NCBI GenBank assembly: GCA_038727135.1 | Contig: JAVYWL010000001.1 | Coordinates: 224,001 to 288,000 of the forward strand | Source: Candidatus Bathyarchaeia archaeon | GTDB lineage: Archaea; Thermoproteota; Bathyarchaeia; Bathyarchaeales; Bathycorpusculaceae | DNA: 64,000 nt | Direction of reading: 5' to 3' | Part shown: positions 45,239 to 54,523 of the stretch, piece after piece | Numbering within the stretch: the stretch's first letter is position 1 | Layout of the letters: the number at the start of each line of letters is the position of its first letter | The notes under the pieces: model-generated | Databases searched by the model: none | What the model saw: the letters and a program-made list of their open reading frames with translations, nothing else | Told to the model about the DNA's origin: nothing | Program-made: the position numbers and the translations under genes

Positions 45239-45299
45239 AATTGACTCCCTACGTGATAGGGAACAAGCCAAATATATTAAGTTTGACAAAGCCTCGCGT

Positions 45300-45419
45300 T
45301 CACGACTTGTAAAGGATTTTGCCCTTCTCCAAAACTTCTAGGATGAACGGGCTTTTCCGCCTTTTCATATCTTCAAACTCTTCGGGCGTATAGCCTAAAG
45401 GCTCGACTGGTTCGATTGT
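45300..45419 (-). pseudogene. 3' remnant of a minimal nucleotidyltransferase (MNT)-like gene
   Basis: Manual translation TIEPVEPLGYTPEEFEDMKRRKSPFILEVLEKGKILYKS*; resembles the C-terminus of archaeal MNTs; no N-terminal GS..DxD half and no start ahead of the conserved part. Confidence 0.6.
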
Positions 45420-46178
45420 TTACATGTTGTCCAGTTCTTTTAAAAGTTCCGCTAGCCTTTCTATGGCAAGCTGCCAAGCCTTTTCGCCTTTCTCCTTTGA
45501 GGCTTTTGTCGGGTCACCTATTACGCCGGTGTTGCTAATCTCTCTTGTTCTGAAAGCCCATGAAACTTTTGGTCCAGCCTCTTTCAGTCCAATTTTTGTG
45601 TACTTTGACTTTGGAAGGTTTAGCCTCGGCCTTGTAATTCTTTCCTTGACAACAGCGTTTTCGCGGTTGGCCAGCGTTGTGGATGTTTCGAACTCTCCGG
45701 CATGTGCATCATAGGGTGTTTCTATGAACTGTTCTATGAAGTCTGGTATGAGGCTGACGGTGTCTATGGCTACGAAAGCACCTGTTTCAGCCTTAATTCT
45801 CTGGGCTGAGGCCTCTAGGGCTGGGGTGTTTCCGCCGTGGCCGTTTTCAAAAAGTATTTTTGTGAATCCATGCTTTGTTAGGCACGCGCCCACTTCATAG
45901 GCCATTTGCTCAAGAGTTTGCGGATTCAGTGTTATTGTTCCCGGAAAGTCCATGTGGTGTAAGGAAACGCCATAATACATGGGTGGAGCCACAAGAGCGC
46001 ATTCTGCTTTTTCAGCGGCCCTCATGGAAAGCCAAAAGGCGTCATAGGCATCCGTGTCTAGTGGCAAGTGAGGGCCATGCTGCTCGCAGCTTCCGACAGG
46101 CACAACCACAGTTTTATGTACTTTAAGGAACTCTTCTACGTCAACCCATGTTAGTTCGCCCAAATAGTAACTTCGCAT
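45420..46178 (-). CDS. Creatininase/amidohydrolase family protein
   Basis: PVGSCEQHGPHLPLDTD, NGHGGN, HAGEFETS, GVIGDP; ATG 46178 preferred (track start 46214). Confidence 0.92.
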   Translation of the reverse strand: MRSYYLGELTWVDVEEFLKVHKTVVVPVGSCEQHGPHLPLDTDAYDAFWLSMRAAEKAECALVAPPMYYGVSLHHMDFPGTITLNPQTLEQMAYEVGACLTKHGFTKILFENGHGGNTPALEASAQRIKAETGAFVAIDTVSLIPDFIEQFIETPYDAHAGEFETSTTLANRENAVVKERITRPRLNLPKSKYTKIGLKEAGPKVSWAFRTREISNTGVIGDPTKASKEKGEKAWQLAIERLAELLKELDNM

Positions 46179-46200
46179 TTTCAAAAGCTTTGCACTTCTC

Positions 46201-46722
46201 CTAAAACTTTTCATAATGAATTATCTGCCTTAATGGTCTCCTACTCCTAGGTTGAGGAGACTCGGCTGGGTAGCCAACTGGTATTATGGCTACTGGCCTT
46301 ACGCCATCTGGAATGTTTAGGATTTTTCTTGCTTCTTCTTCTCTGAAGGCTCCAACCCAGCATGTGCCCAAACCCATGGCGTAGGCTGCCAAGTGGATGT
46401 TTTGTATGGCTGCAGCTGTGTCCTGTATGCAGTAAAGGGTTCTTCCACGTGCGCCATAGCCTCTTGCAGAACGCTCCTCATCCGCGCATACAACAATTAC
46501 GACTGGTGCCTCCTCGATAAAGGATTGCCCTAACGCAGCTTCAGCCAGCCGCTTTTTAGTTTCTGGGTTACGGACAACTATGAACTCCCATGGCTGGATA
46601 TTCCCAGCGGAGGGAGCCCATCTAGCGGCGTCAATGAGTTTCTCAACGGTTTCAGTTGAAATGTCAGCATCTTTAAAGGCTCTTATGCTGCGTCTTCCTT
46701 TTATGGCTTCGAAAACATCCAT
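46201..46722 (-). CDS. Nitroreductase family protein
   Basis: RRSIRAF, APSAGNIQPWEF, GLGTCWVG. Confidence 0.93.
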   Translation of the reverse strand: MDVFEAIKGRRSIRAFKDADISTETVEKLIDAARWAPSAGNIQPWEFIVVRNPETKKRLAEAALGQSFIEEAPVVIVVCADEERSARGYGARGRTLYCIQDTAAAIQNIHLAAYAMGLGTCWVGAFREEEARKILNIPDGVRPVAIIPVGYPAESPQPRSRRPLRQIIHYEKF

Positions 46723-46831
46723 AATATCACGCGTCCATAACTGATTATTTTGGGTTGTAGCTTGATAAATTTTGCAGAACTAATAAATAGATGGCTGGAA
46801 CAAAATTACTGGTTCCTATGAGAAAGGTGAT

Positions 46832-47650
46832 GTGTTGAACACTGAAGAGATTATGGAGTTAGCCCTAAAGCTTGCTGGTTTAACTGAAATCCCGGAGGAC
46901 AGCACCATCTACATTGAAGGCGAAAACATCCGGCGAGTCTTGTTCTGCATAGATGCTGGACCAGCAGAGTTTCTACTTGCCAAGCAGCTAGGCTACGACG
47001 TCGTCATAGCTCATCACCCGGCTGGCGGATCAGCTATTCTTGGCTTTCCAATGGTTTTTATGAGGCATGTTCAGCAGATGGTGGACGCTGGTGTTCCACT
47101 GGAAAAGGCTGAGCTGGCTGTAAAAAGGAAATTTGAACAATTGAGTGTAGAAGCACATGCTCGAAATTATGCTCATGCTGTGGATTTTGCAAGACTTTTG
47201 AAGATACCCTTTATGAATATACATATGCCCCTCGACGAAATTGGGAGAAAACGGATGGTTGAGCAGATCAACAAAAAAGTGAGAGAAGACTCTACGGTTG
47301 GAGATGTGGTTTCCGCCTTGATGGGGCTTCCGGAATTCAGAAAAGCTCTTACAAAGATAAGTGTTTGCCTTGGAAAAGTTGAAAACAAGGCTGGAAAAGT
47401 TGTTGTTTCCCATGCGGCAGCCACTAACGGAGGGTATGAAATTGCTAAAACGTACTTTGAGCACGGTGTCAACACGTTAATTTACATTCACATAAGCCCA
47501 TCGGACTTGGAAAAACTGAAGGCTGAGGGTAAAGGCAACTTGATAGTGACTGGGCATATTGCCAGCGACTCGCTGGGGATAAACCCTTTTATCCATGAAT
47601 TAGAAAGAAGGGGACTGTCAGTAACCAAGATTGGAGTTGTGGAAGGCTAG
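46832..47650 (+). CDS. NIF3-like dinuclear metal-centre protein
   Basis: IDAG, IAHHP, HMPLD and TGHIASDSLG metal-ligand motifs. Confidence 0.75.
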   Translation: MLNTEEIMELALKLAGLTEIPEDSTIYIEGENIRRVLFCIDAGPAEFLLAKQLGYDVVIAHHPAGGSAILGFPMVFMRHVQQMVDAGVPLEKAELAVKRKFEQLSVEAHARNYAHAVDFARLLKIPFMNIHMPLDEIGRKRMVEQINKKVREDSTVGDVVSALMGLPEFRKALTKISVCLGKVENKAGKVVVSHAAATNGGYEIAKTYFEHGVNTLIYIHISPSDLEKLKAEGKGNLIVTGHIASDSLGINPFIHELERRGLSVTKIGVVEG

Positions 47651-47726
47651 CCCGGGGGGTTAAAAGCAGCATCCCATCCAGCATATTTTCAATGCAAAGC
47701 TTAAGTCTTACAAAATCGTTAAGTGT

Positions 47727-48116
47727 ATGGTTTCCATGAAAGAAAAGGAAGACGAATTGAGGCGCATTGAAGAGAAAGACTTGCCATGGTTTTATAGGTT
47801 AATTTTGAAAATTCCGGGAACAGACTTCCTTGAGGGAGCTGGTGGCATTTTCTGGGGAATTTTAGTGCCAACATTTTTGATGGGGGAGTTTTTGCTAAGC
47901 CTATATTTTATCGCGACTTTTAGGTTTCCACTAAACATTTTATTGGTATTAGTTATTCCGACGGCCACTTTCATGCTTTTTGTAAAAATTTCTCTAAAAA
48001 GATTTGTTAATTGGTGAAATGCAACCTTTGGAGAGCCCGGATTTAGATGGGATATTGAAAAATCAATGAAAGAATATTTAGATTTATTAAGAAAACAAAA
48101 GGAAAAGGGCACCTAA
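47727..48116 (+). pseudogene. Two-TM membrane protein interrupted by an in-frame TGA at 48015-48017
   Basis: Frame continues past RFVNW* as NATFGEPGFRWDIEKSMKEYLDLLRKQKEKGT* to 48116; TGG TGA suggests a WW codon pair. Confidence 0.55.
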
Positions 48117-48151
48117 ATAAGCCTTAAATTGGATTATTTACATTTTTATTT

Positions 48152-48220
48152 TGGATGATGAGCTGGAGAGTCAATAGAGCTTTGCATAAGCTGTGATATG
48201 ACTCGACGGGCGAACTGACA
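48152..48220 (+). ncRNA. Box C/D 2'-O-methylation guide sRNA
   Basis: C box ATGATGA 48155-48161, D' TAGA 48175-48178, internal K-turn-like C' region 48192-48199, D box CTGA 48215-48218; guides complementary to conserved rRNA (CGACGGGCG vs 16S h44, GAGAGTCA vs 23S H69); upstream CTTAAAT at 48123. Confidence 0.8.
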
Positions 48221-48376
48221 CATAAAAATTTGTTGTGTGACGTCAGATCTTGTGCAATATGTTCAGAATGTTGCATGAAGTTTAGTTGAAATTTTGATGA
48301 ATTTTTAGAATTTGTTGTGCGTAAGTCTTTTAGAGTATGCTTTCGTAATAAACACTAAAAGCATGAGGGAAACATC

Positions 48377-50185
48377 ATGTTAAAAAGATCATTGTCTATC
48401 GCCGCAATAACCTTTATCCTTGCTTCAACAATGTTTGGACTTTGCAGAATCCCTCTTTCAAACGCAGCTGAATCTACCGTTAATGCCAATCCAAGGATCA
48501 TTTATTGGCCTGCGCCTCAAGTATGGCAAACAGAAGATGGACATATCATGTGGAATTCTGGAGGCATGATCGCAACAAGCATCACATGGTCCCCCTCTGG
48601 AGAGATACTATTAATAGCTGGTTCTGACCGTTTTGTGGTAATTAACGCAAGCACTTGGTCGCCGATTAGTGACTCTTGTAATCTGTGGGGCTATAGCGGT
48701 CAAGGCGTGTTTGATAATTTTGTTATTTCGCCAGACGATTCAAAAATATTCTACATCAACGCCAGCTATGTATTTGCTCCTTCTTCCGCAATATATTCAA
48801 AGAACTTGGATGGTACCAATCCAACTTTCATAACCTACGTTAATAGTTGCTCCTCATGCGTACCCACATTCTTTGACTTATCAAGGGATGGCACAACATT
48901 GCTTTACACAGAATTTGCAGAGAACCATTCTACATATCCCTACACCCGTTTCAGTCGCATTTGGAAAGTCAACCTCGAAACAAGCGAGAGATCACTGGTT
49001 CTGGAACTTGAGGGGACAGATAACCAGATGTTTAGCGTTAGGTTTTCTCCATCAAACGACAAGATAGCCTTCACAACGTACACTGGCGTTTGGATAATTA
49101 ACTCCGATGGAACTAACCTAACCAAGATTGCTGATATCTCAGAAAACAACATTGCAATGCATTTAAATTGGGCGCCGAATGGAACAATGCTAACATACAC
49201 GGAAGTTAATTATGGAGGAAGATATGATTACCATCCATATAATATTTGGTGGGATAGTAGTAACATCACAGCTATAAATGTTGATGGAAGCAACAAACAC
49301 ACGATTTTTTATGGCGCCAAATGTTGGACATGGTCGCCCCTCAACGATTCCATAGCCGCCTTCATTAAAACAATAAGAGACGTTCCATATCTTATAGACT
49401 TAAGCCTTCCAATATCCTCCAACCCGGACAGCGACGGAGACGGCCTATCTGACCGCGAAGAAATTTTCTGTGGATACTTTAACCCACTGGATCCAACAGA
49501 CATCTACAAAGACTATGACAATGACGGGTTGACCAACTTGGAAGAGTATGAGTTTAACATAAAGCGGACTAGTGTTGGAACTTACCCGTTAAATCTATTA
49601 AATCCAGATACTGATGGGGATGGACTCAGCGACGGTGTTGAAATCAAAGTTTTCCGGACAGACCCCATAAGAAGAGATACGGATGGTGACGGCATAGATG
49701 ATGGTCATGAGGCTGCAGCGACTGGTTTGAACGCTTTCATCTCCGTTTTGCCGGAAGGTTGGATTCGCATGCAGCTAGAGTGGCGAAACAAGAGAATGTA
49801 CGTTTCCACAAACTCTTCTGTGCTTGGCGTGGTCTTCAACTCTACAAGCATGACTTTAAGCGTAAACGTTGGCGGTCCAGACGGAACAACGGGAATAGCC
49901 AACATCACCATACCAGTTGAAATGATTAGTTCGCTTTCAGCCGTAAAAGTGACATTAGACGATCAGCCCATAGACTTTCAGATAAGTCAGGCTGGCGGAT
50001 ACGCTCAAATCTACGTGCAATACCACCACAGCTACCACCAGTTAGCAGCGCATTTAAGCGGTGGCGGTGGCGTCAGTGGTGGCTTTGACTTTACGGGCAT
50101 ATTAAGCTACTGGTGGCTGATATTATCAGTTGCCATCGTAGCCGTTGCATCTGTGATAGCCGCAATAATCGTGAAACGAGGATGA
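48377..50185 (+). CDS. Cell-surface protein: TolB/PD40-like beta-propeller, Ca-binding DxDGDG repeats, beta-sandwich, C-terminal TM
   Basis: WSPSG/ISPDD/FSPSND/WAPNG blades; DSDGDGLSD, DYDNDGLTN, DTDGDGLSD, DTDGDGIDD; Gly linker, TM helix, KRG. Confidence 0.85.
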   Translation: MLKRSLSIAAITFILASTMFGLCRIPLSNAAESTVNANPRIIYWPAPQVWQTEDGHIMWNSGGMIATSITWSPSGEILLIAGSDRFVVINASTWSPISDSCNLWGYSGQGVFDNFVISPDDSKIFYINASYVFAPSSAIYSKNLDGTNPTFITYVNSCSSCVPTFFDLSRDGTTLLYTEFAENHSTYPYTRFSRIWKVNLETSERSLVLELEGTDNQMFSVRFSPSNDKIAFTTYTGVWIINSDGTNLTKIADISENNIAMHLNWAPNGTMLTYTEVNYGGRYDYHPYNIWWDSSNITAINVDGSNKHTIFYGAKCWTWSPLNDSIAAFIKTIRDVPYLIDLSLPISSNPDSDGDGLSDREEIFCGYFNPLDPTDIYKDYDNDGLTNLEEYEFNIKRTSVGTYPLNLLNPDTDGDGLSDGVEIKVFRTDPIRRDTDGDGIDDGHEAAATGLNAFISVLPEGWIRMQLEWRNKRMYVSTNSSVLGVVFNSTSMTLSVNVGGPDGTTGIANITIPVEMISSLSAVKVTLDDQPIDFQISQAGGYAQIYVQYHHSYHQLAAHLSGGGGVSGGFDFTGILSYWWLILSVAIVAVASVIAAIIVKRG

Positions 50186-50201
50186 TGGGAGGGTCAACGC
50201 T

Positions 50202-50879
50202 ATGAGTAAGGCAGTTGCTCTGGGAACCATCATCCTTTTTCTGCTCTGTTTAGGTTCAGTTTACGCTACTGCGCAGTTAGGCGTTAAAGCAGGCGACTGG
50301 ATAAAATGCGAATACGTTTCGGGCAACAATTTGCCAGGCGAGTTTATCCAATGGGTTAAAGTGGAGTGCCTATCAGCAGCGGGAACAGTTGCAACGTTAC
50401 GCGTGACAACACACTTCAGTGATGGCACAGAACAGATTGAAATCATGACGTGGGACGTTGCAATCGGCACTGGAAACACAACTTTCCAAGCACTCATACC
50501 AGCAAACTTGAGGACCGGAGATGTTATTCCAGCGGTGGAAGGAGGCAGCGTAACCATTGCTGGTGAAAAAACAGGAACTTATGCCGGAGCAAGCAGAACC
50601 GTTGTCTACGCAAGCCTAACACAAGGAGACATGCAGTTCAGCTACTGCTGGGACAAGGAAACAGGAATCATTGTGGAAGTAACGTTAACTCAAGGCTCCA
50701 TGTCAGCTACTTTTAAAGCAACCAGCACAAACATTTGGCAAGGAACGTCATCACCAAACCCGCTATCACCGCCAAACCTGCCAATAGAAATCATGTCTAT
50801 ATGCATCTCAACAGCCATAGCAATAGCCATAGTATCAACAGCCATAATCTACACTAAACGCAAATCCAAAATTGGCTAA
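50202..50879 (+). CDS. Secreted protein with a C-terminal membrane anchor
   Basis: Signal peptide, GVKAGDWIK..WDKETGI, Pro-rich linker, TM helix, KRK. Confidence 0.75.
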   Translation: MSKAVALGTIILFLLCLGSVYATAQLGVKAGDWIKCEYVSGNNLPGEFIQWVKVECLSAAGTVATLRVTTHFSDGTEQIEIMTWDVAIGTGNTTFQALIPANLRTGDVIPAVEGGSVTIAGEKTGTYAGASRTVVYASLTQGDMQFSYCWDKETGIIVEVTLTQGSMSATFKATSTNIWQGTSSPNPLSPPNLPIEIMSICISTAIAIAIVSTAIIYTKRKSKIG

Positions 50880-51022
50880 ATTAAGGGCAACATCTCCCAA
50901 TTTTTATAATTTTCCTTACTTTCATAATTTTTCAATTTTCATAATTGAACAAGATGAAACATTTGCCCTTATACGGAAAGCTTATCAGCAAATTTTGCAA
51001 ATGAGAAAAGAAGCATGTTAGT

Positions 51023-52741
51023 TTGCCGAGCAGATTTAGGCTGGTAAGTTTGCCCAAAAAATTCGTGGAGAAGCTTGATAGGCTTTCCTCAAAGCCAACT
51101 GTCAAATATGGAGTTTATTTAGTCGCGGTAATACTCTTTTTCGCCCTAATTTTGATTCCGCCAATTTTAGGTATAGTAATCAAGTGGGGCTCGATGCAGG
51201 AAATTTTTGGCGACAGCCAACTTATGAATCGGGCATTAGACGCTGTGAAAAATTCCTTTGTCATGGCTGTTTTGGTTTCGATTTTGGATGTGGCTGCTGG
51301 CATTCCGATGGCTTGGCTCATAGCCCGAAGTAAATCCAAATGGATAAACGTTCTCGACACGCTCGCAGACGTCCCATTTATTGTGCCAACAGCAGTCCTC
51401 GGCTATTCGCTTCTTTTGTTCTGGTACAAGCCAGAAGGAATTTCAGCACTTTTTGGCGGCTCTCTCGTTTCGCCAGGCTGGCTTCTTGTTGCATTACTAC
51501 ATTTCACATTCTCGTATCCAGTCGTTGTGAGGGTGATTGTCGGCGCTTTGCTGGACTACAAGATTGAATATGAACAAGCATCGAGAACTCTAGGAGCGCC
51601 GCCCTTCACAACAGCCAGAACCGTAACCTTCGGAATTATAAAGCCCTCTTTGATCGCGGCTTTTATTTTAGCTTTTGCAAGGTCCATTTCAGAAACAGGA
51701 GCCACCATGATGGTTGCTGGAGTTTTTTCCAAGGATGGATATGCGGAAGCCCTTTTTGAAAACGGCCCCATATTCATTCAAAATATAAAAGATGACTTCT
51801 CAAAGGGTTTAAGAAGCCAAAGCACATATGAAGGAGCAACGGTTTTTGCAAGCTTTTTACTTATAGTTGTTTCATGCCTAATTTTTGCAGCAGTGCGCAT
51901 TCTCGGAGGGAAACTGAAATTACCTATTAAAAGGGCATGGCCCACTTTGGAGAGAAGGATAAGTTATTCCTCGGCGGCATCCACTAGAGATGGCATCACG
52001 CTTTTAATATTCTTTGCAGTTGTCCTAATTCCGTCGCTTTTCGCGGCGCTTCCAGCTTTTGAAGCTCTTCCAACGGATGTTCTGCCTAAGGCTTTGTCGG
52101 GTGCCTTTCCTTGGGGGGAGTATTGGCAGAGTCTCGTCCTTTCATATTCACTTGGGGCAGCCGTCACTGTTTTAAATATTCTTATAGGTTTGCCCATGGC
52201 AATAATTGTCGCGAGAAAACGTCTTGGAAAAACCTCATCAGCCTTAAACGTGCTTGTTGATATTCCAATAATTGTGCCCTCGGTGGCTTTAGGCGTTTCT
52301 CTCCGATTTTTCTGGAAAGAAACCTTGGCATTCATACCAGACATCTTGCTTCTAGTTTTTGCACATTTAGCCATCACATACCCGTATTTTGTGAGGTCCA
52401 TGTCGGCGGCTGTGGAGCGGATAAGCATAGAACTTGAAGAAGCGTCAAGAACTTTAGGGGCTAAGCCCTTCTGCGTTTTTAGAACGATAATATTCCCGTT
52501 GACCAAATACTCTATGTTTTCTGGCGCCATAATGGTTTTTACAAGAAGCGTAAGCGAAACAGGTGCTACGCTGGCTGTCACCCAGCTTAAAACTGCTCCG
52601 GTGGTTCTCGTTAACTGGGTTAAGGGAAAAGTCGCTGTCACGCCTTTAGAGATTGGTTTGGGTTGCGGTTTCTTAATATTAATCTCCTTCATAATCCTAT
52701 TAGCCTTAAGGCTCATCGTTAGGGGTAAGGGAAGGTACTAG
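51023..52741 (+). CDS. ABC transporter permease with two fused TM domains (FbpB/ThiP-like)
   Basis: Two EAA loops (YEQASRTLGA, LEEASRTLGA) and two SETGAT motifs. Confidence 0.88.
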   Translation: MPSRFRLVSLPKKFVEKLDRLSSKPTVKYGVYLVAVILFFALILIPPILGIVIKWGSMQEIFGDSQLMNRALDAVKNSFVMAVLVSILDVAAGIPMAWLIARSKSKWINVLDTLADVPFIVPTAVLGYSLLLFWYKPEGISALFGGSLVSPGWLLVALLHFTFSYPVVVRVIVGALLDYKIEYEQASRTLGAPPFTTARTVTFGIIKPSLIAAFILAFARSISETGATMMVAGVFSKDGYAEALFENGPIFIQNIKDDFSKGLRSQSTYEGATVFASFLLIVVSCLIFAAVRILGGKLKLPIKRAWPTLERRISYSSAASTRDGITLLIFFAVVLIPSLFAALPAFEALPTDVLPKALSGAFPWGEYWQSLVLSYSLGAAVTVLNILIGLPMAIIVARKRLGKTSSALNVLVDIPIIVPSVALGVSLRFFWKETLAFIPDILLLVFAHLAITYPYFVRSMSAAVERISIELEEASRTLGAKPFCVFRTIIFPLTKYSMFSGAIMVFTRSVSETGATLAVTQLKTAPVVLVNWVKGKVAVTPLEIGLGCGFLILISFIILLALRLIVRGKGRY

Positions 52742-52743
52742 GC

Positions 52744-53847
52744 ATGCCAGACGTGCGCTTGGTTAATGTCACGAAAAAGTTTGGAAAAATTGTGGCTGTC
52801 GACAAAGTCAGCCTCCACATAAAGGATAAGGAGTATTTCTCAATTCTTGGACCGAGCGGTTGTGGAAAAACCACTTTACTTAGGCTTATTGCTGGATTGA
52901 TAGAGCCTGATGAAGGCGAAATATATATTGGCGATAGGCTTGTGAATGATGTCCCGCCTGAAGACCGTGACGTGGGCTTTGTCTTTCAGACTTTTGCGCT
53001 GTTTCCCCACATGAACGCTTGGGAAAACGTCACTTATGGTCCAAGGGTTAAGGGTTTTGACATGCAGAAAGCCGAAAGGATAGGGCATGAAGTTTTGGAG
53101 ATGGTTAGGCTTCACGAGCGATTGGACGCTTTTCCAAGCGAGTTAAGCGGCGGAATGATGCAGAGGGTAGCCGTTGCAAGAGCGCTTGCTGCTGGTGCAA
53201 AACTGCTACTTTTAGACGAGCCTTTAGGGCATTTGGACGCTAAAGTTAGAAATGAGCTTAGATATGAGATTAGACGCATGGCTAAGGATTTGGAGTTAAC
53301 CGCCATACATGTAACCCATGACCAGTCGGAGGCTATGGCAATATCAGACAGAATAGCCGTTATGAAGAAGGGAAAGGTCCTACAAGTGGGAACGCCTCAA
53401 GAGCTCTACATGAACCCCCAGAGCATTTTCGTGGCAAATTTCATCGGAGGCTCAAACTTTTTGGAAGGCTTCATAGCTGAAACAAGGGGGCGGATGGCTG
53501 TCATTGAGCTTCGAGGAGGCATAAAGGTTCAAGCGGTCAACAAAGGCATGAATAAGGGCGAAAGGGTGGTTTTAGCCGTCAGACCAGAAACTTTTACCAT
53601 TAAGCGGGGGAAGGGCGCGGATGAAAATTCCATGTTTGGCGTTGTTGAAAGGTTTGCCTTTGAGGGAACAAATGTAAGGTATGAGGTTAGGCTTGAAAAT
53701 CAGGATTTAGTGGTTGTCGTTGCCCCTTCTATGGCTTGTGAATGGTTTAATATAGGGGAGAAGGTTACCTTAAGTTTCCAACCGGAAAGCGCCCACTTGT
53801 TCGCTTATCCGGAGTTAGGCTTAAGGGAGGAGTTGGCTGTTGAGTGA
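52744..53847 (+). CDS. ABC transporter ATPase (PotA/FbpC-like, C-terminal TOBE)
   Basis: GPSGCGKT, LSGGMMQR, LLLDEP, HVTHDQ. Confidence 0.92.
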   Translation: MPDVRLVNVTKKFGKIVAVDKVSLHIKDKEYFSILGPSGCGKTTLLRLIAGLIEPDEGEIYIGDRLVNDVPPEDRDVGFVFQTFALFPHMNAWENVTYGPRVKGFDMQKAERIGHEVLEMVRLHERLDAFPSELSGGMMQRVAVARALAAGAKLLLLDEPLGHLDAKVRNELRYEIRRMAKDLELTAIHVTHDQSEAMAISDRIAVMKKGKVLQVGTPQELYMNPQSIFVANFIGGSNFLEGFIAETRGRMAVIELRGGIKVQAVNKGMNKGERVVLAVRPETFTIKRGKGADENSMFGVVERFAFEGTNVRYEVRLENQDLVVVVAPSMACEWFNIGEKVTLSFQPESAHLFAYPELGLREELAVE

Positions 53848-54499
53848 ACTAATAAAATGGTTTGAAAAGCGCAGGGAGACAAAAGCCCTAACAATGATAC
53901 AGCAACACCTCGCCATAACAACAAGCATAGTTGAGGACTTGGAAAAAGCCGTTAAGGCGGCAGTGGACGGCGACCCAAAAACCCTAAGAAACTGTGTAGA
54001 GAGAATTGCCAGCGGCGAAAGAGAGGCGGACAGCCTACGCAGAAAAGTTATGGATGAAGTGTCGAAAGGTGAGTTACCGCCAACAGCCAGAGAAGACATA
54101 ATGCACCTTATCAAGAGGGTGGACATGGTCGCAGACTGGAGCAGAGAATCAACAAGGGTTTTAATGGCCACGCCCATGGAGCATGTGCCAGCCTCTATCA
54201 AAAAAGAGTTTGTGGAGATGGCTAAAGGCGTGAGGGAATGTGCCATAATGCTCCAAAGGTGCATAAACAAGATAATAACAAAGCCGGAAGAAGCCCTTCA
54301 AGCGGCAGACGCCGTGGAAAGGGAGGAGGAGAAAGTTGACGACTTACACGAGACAGCAAGAACTTTATTAGGAAAAGAGAACCTCCAAAAGGCTGGAGTC
54401 GCCGTTTTAGTTGGTCAACTTTTTGAAGCCTTAGAAATGATTGCAGACGCATGCGAGGATGCTTGCGACCAAGTTAGAGTTATAATGGTTAGAAAGTAA
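53840..54499 (+). CDS. DUF47/PhoU-like phosphate transport regulator
   Basis: EREADSLRR..D.VAD and EEKVDD..E.IAD.CED helical motifs. Confidence 0.88.
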   Translation: MSELIKWFEKRRETKALTMIQQHLAITTSIVEDLEKAVKAAVDGDPKTLRNCVERIASGEREADSLRRKVMDEVSKGELPPTAREDIMHLIKRVDMVADWSRESTRVLMATPMEHVPASIKKEFVEMAKGVRECAIMLQRCINKIITKPEEALQAADAVEREEEKVDDLHETARTLLGKENLQKAGVAVLVGQLFEALEMIADACEDACDQVRVIMVRK

Positions 54500-54523
54500 A
54501 TCCAGAATGGAGGCGGAGATGAG

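Noticed and set aside
48015-48017. Selenocysteine or genetic-code reassignment at the in-frame TGA
   Set aside because: No redox-motif context, no SECIS recognised, and TGA terminates conserved genes in this window.
49420-49710. DxDGDG repeats as additional dockerins
   Set aside because: They are thrombospondin type 3-like Ca-binding repeats without the helix-FG-RWNP pattern of the six dockerins.
51964-52716. 250-aa minus-strand ORF
   Set aside because: Antisense shadow of the ABC permease with no recognisable motifs.
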